From Chloroflexota bacterium (GTDB lineage: Bacteria; Chloroflexota; UBA11872; VXOZ01), in NCBI GenBank assembly GCA_965221905.1, contig OZ244922.1, positions 1,856,001 to 1,920,000 of the forward strand: a DNA stretch of 64,000 bases, written 5' to 3'. Below are positions 39,570 through 48,387 of the stretch, piece after piece. The notes beneath the pieces were generated by a model. That model saw nothing but the letters and a program-made list of their open reading frames with translations. It had not been told where the DNA came from and ran no database searches. Position numbers and translations under genes: made by a program. The stretch's first letter is position 1; each line of letters opens with the position of its first letter.

Positions 39570-40838
39570 TTATGCCCGGTAGCGATCTGTCACCTTGGCC
39601 AAGATCGTCGCCATGTCCTCCACGTCCCGGTCGGTATACTTGTCCGTCCAGTTCCAGCGGATGGTGGTATCCACGTGCTCCTTGGCAATGGGCACCATGT
39701 CGCCGCTATATTCGATGTCCTTGGCAAACTCGTTCATCGGATGGTCCCACGGCCAGTGAGATTCGCCGGCCACGGTGGTCTTGGTGTGAAGAAAGGTGTG
39801 ACTATCCGGTACCAGTTGCCAGGGGCCGGGCTCAGCCTTCAAGCCCTCGGCCATCAGGGCATCGGACAGGTCCCACAGACCGCACGTGAACGCGTCCGGG
39901 TCAACGCGCAAATAGTAGTACCAGTAGATATGGTCGGCGCCTTCGGGGATGTGCGGCGGGATCAGACCGGGAATGTCCTCCACCACACGCTGGCTTAGGG
40001 CCGCAGTTGTTTCGCGTCGACGCTGGTTCTGCTCTTCAAGTATGTGGAGCATGCCCAGCACGAATGCCGCCTCAAGTTCGCCGAAACGCATATTCAAGCC
40101 GAAACGCACGTGTTTGCGGCCATAGCGCTCCACAGGCACGCCGCCGCGCATGACACCAAAGAGATGTACGCGGTCGGCAATGTCTTTGTTGTCAGTGAGC
40201 AGCGCACCGCCGTGCCCGCCCGAGAGATGCTTTTCGGCATCGAACGAGAAGGCGCCAACGTCGCCCAAAGTGCCGGCATTCTGCCCATTGTACTTTGCCA
40301 ACGGCGCTTGACACACATCCTCAATTAGGAGGATGTTGTGCCGCTTTGCCAAGGAAACAATATCGTCCATGGGGCAGAGCAGCCCATACCAATGCACGGC
40401 AATGATGGCTGCCGTGCGCGGCGAAATGACCTTCTCGATAGTCTCGGCGGTGACGTTCCCCGTGCGGATGTCTACGTCAGGAAAGATGGGAATCGCGCCT
40501 TGTGCCATGATGCCCGCCACAGAACCGAGGTCGGTAATGGGATTCACAATGACTTCTTTACCCGGCCCGATGTCCATCGCCGCAATGATGGTATGCAAGG
40601 TAGCGGTACAGTTGGCGAGAGCGACGCAGTACTTTGCGCCGTTCACTTCCGCGAATTCCTGCTCGAAGCGCGGCAAGAAGCCGGAAGTCAAGCCTTTCTC
40701 AAGTACTTGCTTTATGTTGTCATACGATTCTTGCGGTACGTCGCGGGGGAAGATTCCCGGCAAGGGGTCGTCCGCCGATCGCACCGGCGTCCCGCCTTCA
40801 ATTGCGAGTCTCGTGTCAACGGGGGTCTTAATCGCCAT
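39570..40838 (-). CDS. DegT/DnrJ/EryC1/StrS PLP aminotransferase
   Basis: NCTATLH, VHWYG, LIEDVCQA, FSFDAEKHLSGGHGG, GLNMR. Confidence 0.9.
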   Translation of the reverse strand: MAIKTPVDTRLAIEGGTPVRSADDPLPGIFPRDVPQESYDNIKQVLEKGLTSGFLPRFEQEFAEVNGAKYCVALANCTATLHTIIAAMDIGPGKEVIVNPITDLGSVAGIMAQGAIPIFPDVDIRTGNVTAETIEKVISPRTAAIIAVHWYGLLCPMDDIVSLAKRHNILLIEDVCQAPLAKYNGQNAGTLGDVGAFSFDAEKHLSGGHGGALLTDNKDIADRVHLFGVMRGGVPVERYGRKHVRFGLNMRFGELEAAFVLGMLHILEEQNQRRRETTAALSQRVVEDIPGLIPPHIPEGADHIYWYYYLRVDPDAFTCGLWDLSDALMAEGLKAEPGPWQLVPDSHTFLHTKTTVAGESHWPWDHPMNEFAKDIEYSGDMVPIAKEHVDTTIRWNWTDKYTDRDVEDMATILAKVTDRYRA

Positions 40839-40930
40839 GGCTGCTACTCCTTCTCACGCAATGGCAGTGACAGGCACCGGAGAATTACGTGCCCGTCACC
40901 ACACTCGTTACAACAGTGTCTTGTGGCAGC

Positions 40931-42325
40931 TTAGCAGATGCAGCCACCCTCTTTCAGCGCAATATCCGCCACCTGGTGAATTTCGGCAATGGCTTCCGCA
41001 ACCGTCTTCTGTCCCTCTTCCATCTGTACCCACAATTCTGCCCACGCGGCATTGACGTCAGCTTGCTGCACCGCCTGGCGCAGAGGCACGCTAACATCTG
41101 CAATCGCTTTGTACGTATCCACATTCTCGAAGGGATACTGCACAGCCGGCGTATAGGTGCGGTTGGGTGGGAAGCGGCCGCCGCCAAGGTTTGCCCAGTC
41201 CGGTTGCACTTCTTCACTGATGAGATATTTGTAGAACTCCCAGGTAGCGTCCGGCGCCGGCGAGCTTCTGGCGATCCAGAAGGCGTTGATCAACAACGGC
41301 GTGCCACGACCCCCAGGCCCTGTCGGCACGTTGGCCAAATCGACGTTGAAAGGAGTTTGCCCCTCAACGATCTCTTGGTTGATAGTGCGTGTGAACCAAG
41401 GCCCGGTCAGAATCATACCGAGTTTCTGCTCGATAAAGTTAGGTGCGGCGTCGGTTTCCTTCATGTTGACCGGCGGGTGCACCTGATGCTTTACGACGTG
41501 GTCCAGCACCACCTGCGTGGCTTCGACTGCTTCAGGCGAGTTGATTGCAGGCGCGGTGAAGTCCTCGTTCCACCAGTCCGCACCCCATGACTTCAGCGCA
41601 ATGAGCAAGCTGTCGGTGCGGTTACCGCGAAAACTCAGTCCCCAGCGGGTTACGTTGTTGCTCTCGCGGGTAGTCAGTTTCGTGGCCACTTCTGTGAGCG
41701 TGTCCCAGGTCAGATTCCCATCGGCGTCAAGGTCAGCCGGAGATGTCAGACCTTCATTCGTCATAATGTCGGCGTTATACCAAATGGACTGGGCGCCGAT
41801 GAACCAGGCAATGCCGTAGAGATTGCCGCCGATCTTCTCAAGGGCGCCATCGTAGTATTCGGATAGGTCGAAGCCGGCGTCCTTCGCGATGAACGGGTCG
41901 AGCGGCTGGATGATGTCTGCCGTTGCAAACTGGCTGATGTAGCCGAACCAACCATAGTACATGTCATAGTTAATGCCCGCGGCGCTTGCAGCGACCGCTT
42001 TCACCGCCACGTCCGTCAAGGGCCACGTAACAAGGTCGAGTTCAACCTGCACGTCCGGATTGCGCTCTGTGTAGCGGTCGATGACCGCGCCATAGGTGTC
42101 GTCCCACACCTGCTGCTGGGTGGTAAAGTGCATGTACTTGATGACCGTCGGCTCCATCACTTCGGGTGCCGCCGTCGGTTCCGGCTGTGCCTCCTCTTCC
42201 GCTTGCGGTGCATCCGCAGGAGCAGCGGGCACTTGGCCACAGGCAGCCAAAGCGGCGCCACCTATGCCAACACTTGCCATCCCGGCCAGAATGAACCGGC
42301 GCGAAAACTGCCGTGTTGTGCGCAT
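40931..42325 (-). CDS. Tat-exported lipoprotein, ABC extracellular solute-binding protein (sugar family), paralog A
   Basis: FSRRFIL twin-arginine motif, LAACG lipobox, A/P/E linker, WYNAD, GPW; ends EGGCIC. Confidence 0.88.
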   Translation of the reverse strand: MRTTRQFSRRFILAGMASVGIGGAALAACGQVPAAPADAPQAEEEAQPEPTAAPEVMEPTVIKYMHFTTQQQVWDDTYGAVIDRYTERNPDVQVELDLVTWPLTDVAVKAVAASAAGINYDMYYGWFGYISQFATADIIQPLDPFIAKDAGFDLSEYYDGALEKIGGNLYGIAWFIGAQSIWYNADIMTNEGLTSPADLDADGNLTWDTLTEVATKLTTRESNNVTRWGLSFRGNRTDSLLIALKSWGADWWNEDFTAPAINSPEAVEATQVVLDHVVKHQVHPPVNMKETDAAPNFIEQKLGMILTGPWFTRTINQEIVEGQTPFNVDLANVPTGPGGRGTPLLINAFWIARSSPAPDATWEFYKYLISEEVQPDWANLGGGRFPPNRTYTPAVQYPFENVDTYKAIADVSVPLRQAVQQADVNAAWAELWVQMEEGQKTVAEAIAEIHQVADIALKEGGCIC

Positions 42326-42731
42326 GTTGTTCTCCTTGCCTTCAGCTACAAAGTTACTAACAGCATCATACTCCCCCCTTCTCTTTTCGTCAATTGGTGA
42401 GAAAGCGACAAGCAGCGTATGGGACTGCGCACGCCATCTTTGGAGAGTGGCCTGGTATCACTTCATGGCAATCACTAAGGCGCCTGACGATCCCACGGTT
42501 GCTGAGAGAAACGTGGTCGGCTCCACCGACTGCGTAACCCCGCCACATGTCTCACACTTTGGCAGGGCAGGAGCTACGCCATACTCGACACCCAGTAGTA
42601 CGTGTATTGCCGTGCACAGACATCTTGTTCGTGGAAATTTTGGCTGACGCGCTCGGAAATGCCACACATATGGTATTGCTCAGCGTGCGGCATTTCTCAG
42701 TAGTCTAGTGTGCTCTAGACCAGGGTTCTTC

Positions 42732-42760
42732 TTCGCATAAGCGCCGTTCTACGGTATACT
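42732..42760 (+). promoter_or_regulatory. putative sigma70 promoter of tRNA-Glu
   Basis: TTCGCA-N17-TATACT 24 bp upstream of the tRNA. Confidence 0.5.
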
Positions 42761-42784
42761 GAAACAGCGAACCGCACGCGATTT

Positions 42785-42860
42785 GCCCCCATCGTCTAGT
42801 GGACCAGGACGCAGGCCTTTCAAGCCTGTAACGAGGGTTCGATTCCCTCTGGGGGCGCCA
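42785..42860 (+). tRNA. tRNA-Glu (UUC)
   Basis: 76 nt; acceptor stem GCCCCCA/TGGGGGC, anticodon arm CAGGC-ctTTCaa-GCCTG, T arm GAGGG-TTCGATT-CCCTC, encoded CCA. Confidence 0.97.
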
Positions 42861-43065
42861 CCCTAACCGTTCAGCAGCCGGGCAGGCTCTCCTTCAACCG
42901 CTACGAAGTAGGGGATGCCGTAGGCCCAACCAAACTCCTCAATTCTCTCCCGGAATGCGACACGCCTTGCAAGGAGGTACTGGCGCAGGGCAAAAGGATC
43001 GCGCCCTCTATTCCATTCACCCTGCGACCAGCCTAAGGATAAGGCGTGATTCGACTTGCGTTTGT

Positions 43066-44460
43066 CTAGCAGATGCAGCCGCCCTCTTTCAGGGCAATGT
43101 CGGCCACTTGGTGAATCTCGGCAAGCGCCTCTTCTACGGTTTTTTGACCCTCTTCCAATTGGCCCCAAAGTTCGCTCCACGCGCCGTTGACATCCGATTG
43201 CTTCACCACCTGCCGCAATGGGACTCCAACTTCCGCGATCGCCTGATAGGTCTCCACACTCTCGAAGGGATACTGCACGACTGGGGCGTAGGTGCGGTTT
43301 GCCGGGAAACGGCCGCCGCCCAGGTTGGCCCAATCCGGCTGCACTTCCTCGCTGATGAGGTACTTATAGAAATCCCAGGTAGTGTCGGGATCCGGCGAGG
43401 TGCTGGCAATCCAAAACGCGTTGAGGAGCATGGGCGTGCCGCGGCCGCCAGGGCCGACCGGCACTGAAGCCAGCTCGACGTTGAACGGCGTTTCGCCTTC
43501 GTAGATTTGCTGATTGATGGAACGCGTATACCAGGGCCCATTTAGGACCATTGCGAGTTTCTGCTCATTGAACGATGGCGCAACGTCGGTCTCTTTGCGA
43601 TTAATGGCGGGATGCACCTGGTGCTTGACGACGAGGTCCAGCACTGCCTGCACTGCGTCCCCGGCACTGGCCGAGTTGATTGCCGGGGCACTAAACGCTT
43701 CGTTCCACCAGTCCGCGCCCCAAGACCTGAGCGCAATGAGGATGCGGTCGGGGCGATTGCCGCCAAAATAGATGCCCCATTGGGAGACGTTTGCCCCTTC
43801 GTGGGTCGTCAATTTCGTGGAGAGTTCCGCCAGCGCGTCCCAGGTGAACTTCCCTTCGGCATCCAACTTGCTTGGCGAATCGACACCTGCGTTCGTCATG
43901 AGGTCGGCGTTGTACCAAATCGTGCGGGCCCCCATGAACCACGCAATGCCGTAGAGCCTGCCGTTGACCCGCTCCAAGGCAAAGTCGTAATACTCCGATA
44001 GATCGAAAGCGGCATCTTTCGAAACAAGAGCATCGAGCGGCTGAATGATTTCGGCGGTGGCAAACTGGCTGATATAGCCAAACCAGCCGTAGTACATGTC
44101 GTACGGAATCCCCGCCGCGTGGGCTGACACGGCTTTCTCGGCCATGTTCGTCAGCGCGCCCGAAATGAGGTCGAGCTCAACCTTAACGTCCGGGTTGCGC
44201 TCCTCATAGCGGCTGATGACCGCGCCGTATGTGTCGTCCCACACCTGCTGCTGGGTGGTGTAGTGCATGTATTTGATGACATTGGGCTCCATCGCCTCCG
44301 GCGCTGCCGTTGGCTCAGCCTGCGGCGCCTCTTTTGCTTCCGGCGCTTCCGCAGGAGCAGCAGGCACCTGACCGCACGCCGCAAAGGCTGCCGCACTAAT
44401 TCCAAGGCCGGTCACCCCAGCCAAGATAGACCGACGAGTGAATCGCTGCCAAGTTTGCAT
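43066..44460 (-). CDS. Tat-exported lipoprotein, ABC extracellular solute-binding protein, paralog B
   Basis: FTRRSIL, FAACG lipobox; collinear with paralog A (both 464 aa from ATG 44460 behind AAGGAG); ends EGGCIC. Confidence 0.88.
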   Translation of the reverse strand: MQTWQRFTRRSILAGVTGLGISAAAFAACGQVPAAPAEAPEAKEAPQAEPTAAPEAMEPNVIKYMHYTTQQQVWDDTYGAVISRYEERNPDVKVELDLISGALTNMAEKAVSAHAAGIPYDMYYGWFGYISQFATAEIIQPLDALVSKDAAFDLSEYYDFALERVNGRLYGIAWFMGARTIWYNADLMTNAGVDSPSKLDAEGKFTWDALAELSTKLTTHEGANVSQWGIYFGGNRPDRILIALRSWGADWWNEAFSAPAINSASAGDAVQAVLDLVVKHQVHPAINRKETDVAPSFNEQKLAMVLNGPWYTRSINQQIYEGETPFNVELASVPVGPGGRGTPMLLNAFWIASTSPDPDTTWDFYKYLISEEVQPDWANLGGGRFPANRTYAPVVQYPFESVETYQAIAEVGVPLRQVVKQSDVNGAWSELWGQLEEGQKTVEEALAEIHQVADIALKEGGCIC

Positions 44461-44643
44461 CGTACTCTCCTTTAGTCTGCTCAAGCCAATACTGAACACA
44501 GCATACCAACACCAAATCTACCTGTCTATAATTGAGAAACATAAATAGTCACGCTTTTCAAGCTATTGCAACTAGGATCGCGCAACTCTTCTCGTTTGTT
44601 CTGCGGTGAACACTACGATTCGCCTGGAATGTGCACTAGTGAC

Positions 44644-44672
44644 TTGACTATTCCAAACAGACATGGTACACA
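44644..44672 (+). promoter_or_regulatory. putative sigma70 promoter of the third SBP
   Basis: TTGACT-N17-TACACA with extended -10 TG. Confidence 0.4.
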
Positions 44673-44748
44673 GACACCGGATGTGTCATTGTTTAGCGCG
44701 TAGGATCGACTCAATACACGAGGCGGTCGCGCGGAAAGGGCGGGTATC

Positions 44749-46125
44749 ATGCGTACATCCAGACGAACGTTCTTGGCAACGTCGACAGGAGGCGCTGGGA
44801 TAGCGATTCTTGCCGCTTGCGGCGCGGTGCCGGCGACCACGACTGAAGAAGCGGCTTCGGCTGAGGAACCCCAGAAGGAGGCGATGGAAGCGCCCGAGGA
44901 AAAGAAGATACTTCCCGTCACGTTTTGGTACCATTCATTCCCGGCGTGGAACTTCGATACCGAGGAGCTTCCAAGGGCGCTCCGGAAACAGTTCGATGAG
45001 ACCTCCGGGTTCAAGATGATCCCGCTGGGTCGGCCAAACGGCGGTTTCAACGACGTGCAAACCGTTGTGGCCGCGGGCACTGCGCCCGACGTGGTGAAGA
45101 CGCAATCGTGGGTGCAGAATGAGTGGGGCGTGCTGGAGATCGTGCAGCCGCTCGATCCCTGGCTGGGCACGGCGCAGAACATCCAGTTTGACGACTTGTG
45201 GAAAGAAAAGCTGAACGCCACCCAATATCAGGGCAAGACCCACGCGCTTTCCTACAGCATCGATGCCCGCATTATCTTCTCCAACACCAATCAGTACCTT
45301 GAGGCCGGTCTCGATCCGGAGAACCCGCCGCAGACCTGGGCGGATATGGAAGATGCCGTGACAAAGACCTTCAAGCAGACGGGAGATCAGATCGAGGTGC
45401 TCTCGTGGGACCCCTTCCGCGGCTCCGGCGGCGTGCACACGTGGATGGTGCCGTATTGGCAGCTTGGCGGCGAAATCTTCAATGAGGACAAGACCAAATT
45501 CACGGTCAGTAACGAGCTCGCCGTCGAGGCGCTCACGTGGCTAATGCGCATCTACGATCTCCAGGGAGGTTGGCCGAGCATCGCGCCGTTCCACACGGAC
45601 AAGCGCAATCGCGAACAGATGGCCAATGGCGAGATGACCCACTATTACGAAGGGAACGCCGTGCGTAACGCGTTCTTCCGGAAGTTCCACCCGGACTTCG
45701 AGTTCCATTACTTTGGCTATCCGTTGCCTTCAGCGGCCGGCGCACTCTCAAACTATTCCGGCGACTGGGCCTTTTGCATGCCGAACGGCAGCGCAAATCC
45801 GGACGGCGGTTTCGCGGTAATCGACTTCTTCTACGACGCGGGCGTCAACTTGGAGTGGTCGAACGTTATGGACCGCATTCCCGTGCGCAAGTCGGTTGCG
45901 GAGAGTGCCGACTACATTCAGGACGATCCGTTCAAAGTCCTCATCATCAAGGAGATGGACGGCGCGCGCTTCGTCGCCAGTGTGCCGGGCGCCCGCGGCA
46001 TCCTCGGCGCCACCGGCGAGGCGATCAATAGCGTTCGCAAAGGCGAGGCGACTATTCCGGACGCGCTGCAGCTCTTTCAGGACAAGGGCCAGGCGTCTAT
46101 GGATGAGTTCCTTAGCAACCAGTAG
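44749..46125 (+). CDS. Tat-exported lipoprotein, ABC extracellular solute-binding protein (third, more distant)
   Basis: SRRTFL, LAACG, AAGTAPDV, GLDPENPPQTW. Confidence 0.88.
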   Translation: MRTSRRTFLATSTGGAGIAILAACGAVPATTTEEAASAEEPQKEAMEAPEEKKILPVTFWYHSFPAWNFDTEELPRALRKQFDETSGFKMIPLGRPNGGFNDVQTVVAAGTAPDVVKTQSWVQNEWGVLEIVQPLDPWLGTAQNIQFDDLWKEKLNATQYQGKTHALSYSIDARIIFSNTNQYLEAGLDPENPPQTWADMEDAVTKTFKQTGDQIEVLSWDPFRGSGGVHTWMVPYWQLGGEIFNEDKTKFTVSNELAVEALTWLMRIYDLQGGWPSIAPFHTDKRNREQMANGEMTHYYEGNAVRNAFFRKFHPDFEFHYFGYPLPSAAGALSNYSGDWAFCMPNGSANPDGGFAVIDFFYDAGVNLEWSNVMDRIPVRKSVAESADYIQDDPFKVLIIKEMDGARFVASVPGARGILGATGEAINSVRKGEATIPDALQLFQDKGQASMDEFLSNQ

Positions 46126-46168
46126 TCCCGGCCACTGTGGCTGGCTATATCTGGCCAATCATTAACAG

Positions 46169-46205
46169 ACTACGGGGAGGAATCATACTTCCTCCCCGTA
46201 GTTTT
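46169..46205 (+). terminator. Rho-independent terminator
   Basis: ACTACGGGGAGGAA-tcatac-TTCCTCCCCGTAGT stem followed by a T run. Confidence 0.75.
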
Positions 46206-46312
46206 GTACTGGTGCAGTAGCGCATGTGGGACAGGTGGCGAGCATGGGTTTGCAATGTGCGAGCCACCACTTTTCACCATTAAACGATCTGAGTCAGTGT
46301 ACTCCCTGACCG

Positions 46313-46342
46313 TTGACCGTTGGCCGTCCAAGCTGCTACTAT
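46313..46342 (+). promoter_or_regulatory. putative sigma70 promoter of greA-lysS-serS
   Basis: TTGACC-N18-TACTAT with extended -10 TG. Confidence 0.45.
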
Positions 46343-46414
46343 ACAGGTGACTGGAAAAGAGCAACCAGTGGACGGTCTCTTTTCCGTCATATTCTTTTAT
46401 AGGAGGGTGCGGGC

Positions 46415-46879
46415 ATGGCGGAACAGCATATGCTGACGCCTCAAGGCAGAGACAAACTTCTCCAAGAGCTAGTGCAATTAAGGGCTGAGCGGCGTCCTGA
46501 AATCGTGCGGCGAATCCATGAGGCGATGGAATTCGGCGGGGATCTCTCCGATATGGGCGAATACAATGAAGCCAAGCAAGAGCAAGCCTTCGTTGAAGGC
46601 CGAGTTATAGAGATTGAACACATTCTCCGCGATGCGGTGGTGTCTGAACACCACGCCAGTGCCGAGGTTGACTTGGGAGCAACGGTCATCGTCGCTGATG
46701 AAGATGGCAATAGCGAGACGTTTACTATCGTCGGCGCGCCGGAAGCCGATCCTTTGGAAAATCGCATATCCAATGAGAGCCCGGTGGGGCATGCCTTGAT
46801 GGGTCACCGAATCGGTGACCGGGTAACCGTCGAAGTACCCGCCGGCACCCTGACCTACACAATTCAAGAGGTGAAGTAG
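46415..46879 (+). CDS. greA: transcription elongation factor GreA
   Basis: GDLSDMGEYNEAK, QAFVEGR, IVGAPEADP, ISNESPVGHAL; AGGAGG RBS. Confidence 0.95.
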   Translation: MAEQHMLTPQGRDKLLQELVQLRAERRPEIVRRIHEAMEFGGDLSDMGEYNEAKQEQAFVEGRVIEIEHILRDAVVSEHHASAEVDLGATVIVADEDGNSETFTIVGAPEADPLENRISNESPVGHALMGHRIGDRVTVEVPAGTLTYTIQEVK

Positions 46880-48387
46880 CTACGGAATCGTCTGACTTCG
46901 TCAAAGACGCAGATCGCTCACGAAAGTCGCCAGTTGACTTCCGCCTCCGCAAGCTCAAGGCCTTGCGCGAAAAGGGCATTGAGCCGTATCCCCTGCGTTT
47001 CCAACGCACCCATACAGCGCAAGAAGCGCTCGACTGCTTCGACGAACTTGCAGCCTCGAAAGAGACCGTTCGGTTAGCCGGCCGCATCCTCACCGTCCGC
47101 AAGATGGGTAAGGCGGCGTTTGCCCACATAGAGGACGCTTCCGGTCGCATCCAGTTCTACCTGCGTCTCAACATTCTGGGTGAAGAGTCCTACGCGACGG
47201 TTGTAGACCTCTACGACCTTGGCGATATCGTCGGCGCGGAAGGCACCTTGTTTCGTACGCGGACCGGCGAGGCGACCCTAGAGGTCCATCGCATCGCAAT
47301 GCTCGCGAAGGCGCTGCAAAATCCACCGGAAAAGTTCCATGGATTGCGCGATACGGAGACCCGCCTGCGCCAACGCTATCTTGACCTAGCGTCCAATCCG
47401 GAAGTGCGGCACACCATGGCAGTGCGCAGCCACGTCATCCGCGAGGTGCGCGCATTCTTCGATGCCCGCGATTTCCTCGAGGTAGAAACGCCTGTGCTTC
47501 AGCCCCTTTACGGCGGCGCCTTTGCCCGACCGTTTGTGACGCACCATAACGCCCTCGACCAGGACTTCTACCTGCGGATTGCCACGGAACTCTACCTCAA
47601 ACGGTGCCTCATCGGCGGCTTCGAACGCGTGTATGAAGTCGGCCGTACGTTTCGCAACGAGGGCATGGACCGCGACCACAATCCCGAATTCACCATGCTG
47701 GAAGCCTATCAGGCCTACGCCGACTACGCGGACATGATGGACCTGCTCGAGCAGCTTTACTATAGGGTTGCCCTTGCCGTTCACGGCTCTCCGCAGATAC
47801 CATACCGCGATGATGTACTCGATCTTACTCCGCCGTGGCAGCGCATTAAACTGCACGAGGCGATCGAATCTGCGACCGGCATTGATATTTACGCGCATCC
47901 CGATACGGATGCCCTGCTCGCACAGGTACAAGCCCGCGGTGTTGGCGTGCCGGAACGTGTGACGTGGGCTACACTCGTAGATGAACTCTTGTCCGAATGC
48001 GTGGAGCCGAATCTCGTGCAACCGACCTTACTCCTCGACTACCCGGTGGCGCTCTCGCCGCTCGCCAAGCGCCGAGAGGATGACCCCCGGCTCGTGGAGC
48101 GATTTGAGGCGTTTGTGGGCGGCTTGGAGATTGCCAACGCCTTCAGCGAGCTGAACGATCCCCTCGACCAGCGCCAGCGTTTTGAAGAGCAGGTGAAGGA
48201 ACGCGCCGCTGGGGATGAAGAGGCGCAACCTCTTGACGAAGACTTTCTGCTTGCATTGGAGTACGGCATGCCGCCTACCGGCGGTATCGGTATCGGCATC
48301 GACCGCATGGCGATGATCTTTACGAATAGCGCCTCGATCCGCGACGTGATTCTCTTTCCACCTGTGCGCACTCGGGAGGCTGAATAA
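46876..48387 (+). CDS. lysS: lysine--tRNA ligase (class II); start uncertain (46876 non-canonical vs TTG 46963)
   Basis: GIEPYP, MGKAAF, PPEKFHGL, RQRYLDL, EVETP, LRIATELYLKR, FRNEG, HNPEFT, YGMPPTGGIGIGIDR. Confidence 0.95.
   Translation, partial: VATESSDFVKDADRSRKSPVDFRLRKLKALREKGIEPYPLRFQRTHTAQEALDCFDELAASKETVRLAGRILTVRKMGKAAFAHIEDASGRIQFYLRLNILGEESYATVVDLYDLGDIVGAEGTLFRTRTGEATLEVHRIAMLAKALQNPPEKFHGLRDTETRLRQRYLDLASNPEVRHTMAVRSHVIREVRAFFDARDFLEVETPVLQPLYGGAFARPFVTHHNALDQDFYLRIATELYLKRCLIGGFERVYEVGRTFRNEGMDRDHNPEFTMLEAYQAYADYADMMDLLEQLYYRVALAVHGSPQIPYRDDVLDLTPPWQRIKLHEAIESATGIDIYAHPDTDALLAQVQARGVGVPERVTWATLVDELLSECVEPNLVQPTLLLDYPVALSPLAKRREDDPRLVERFEAFVGGLEIANAFSELNDPLDQRQRFEEQVKERAAGDEEAQPLDEDFLLALEYGMPPTGGIGIGIDRMAMIFTNSASIRDVILFPPVRTREAE

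Noticed and set aside
39234-39998. 254-aa plus-strand ORF
   Set aside because: Translates the REP doublet (LSLSKG, FDRLS) and then runs antisense to DegT
42785-42860. tRNA-Glu as integration site of a genomic island
   Set aside because: No integrase, and no duplicate of the tRNA 3' end was seen in the window
42863-43333. 156-aa minus-strand ORF downstream of the tRNA
   Set aside because: Mostly an out-of-frame overlap with the SBP paralog B 3' end; no motif support
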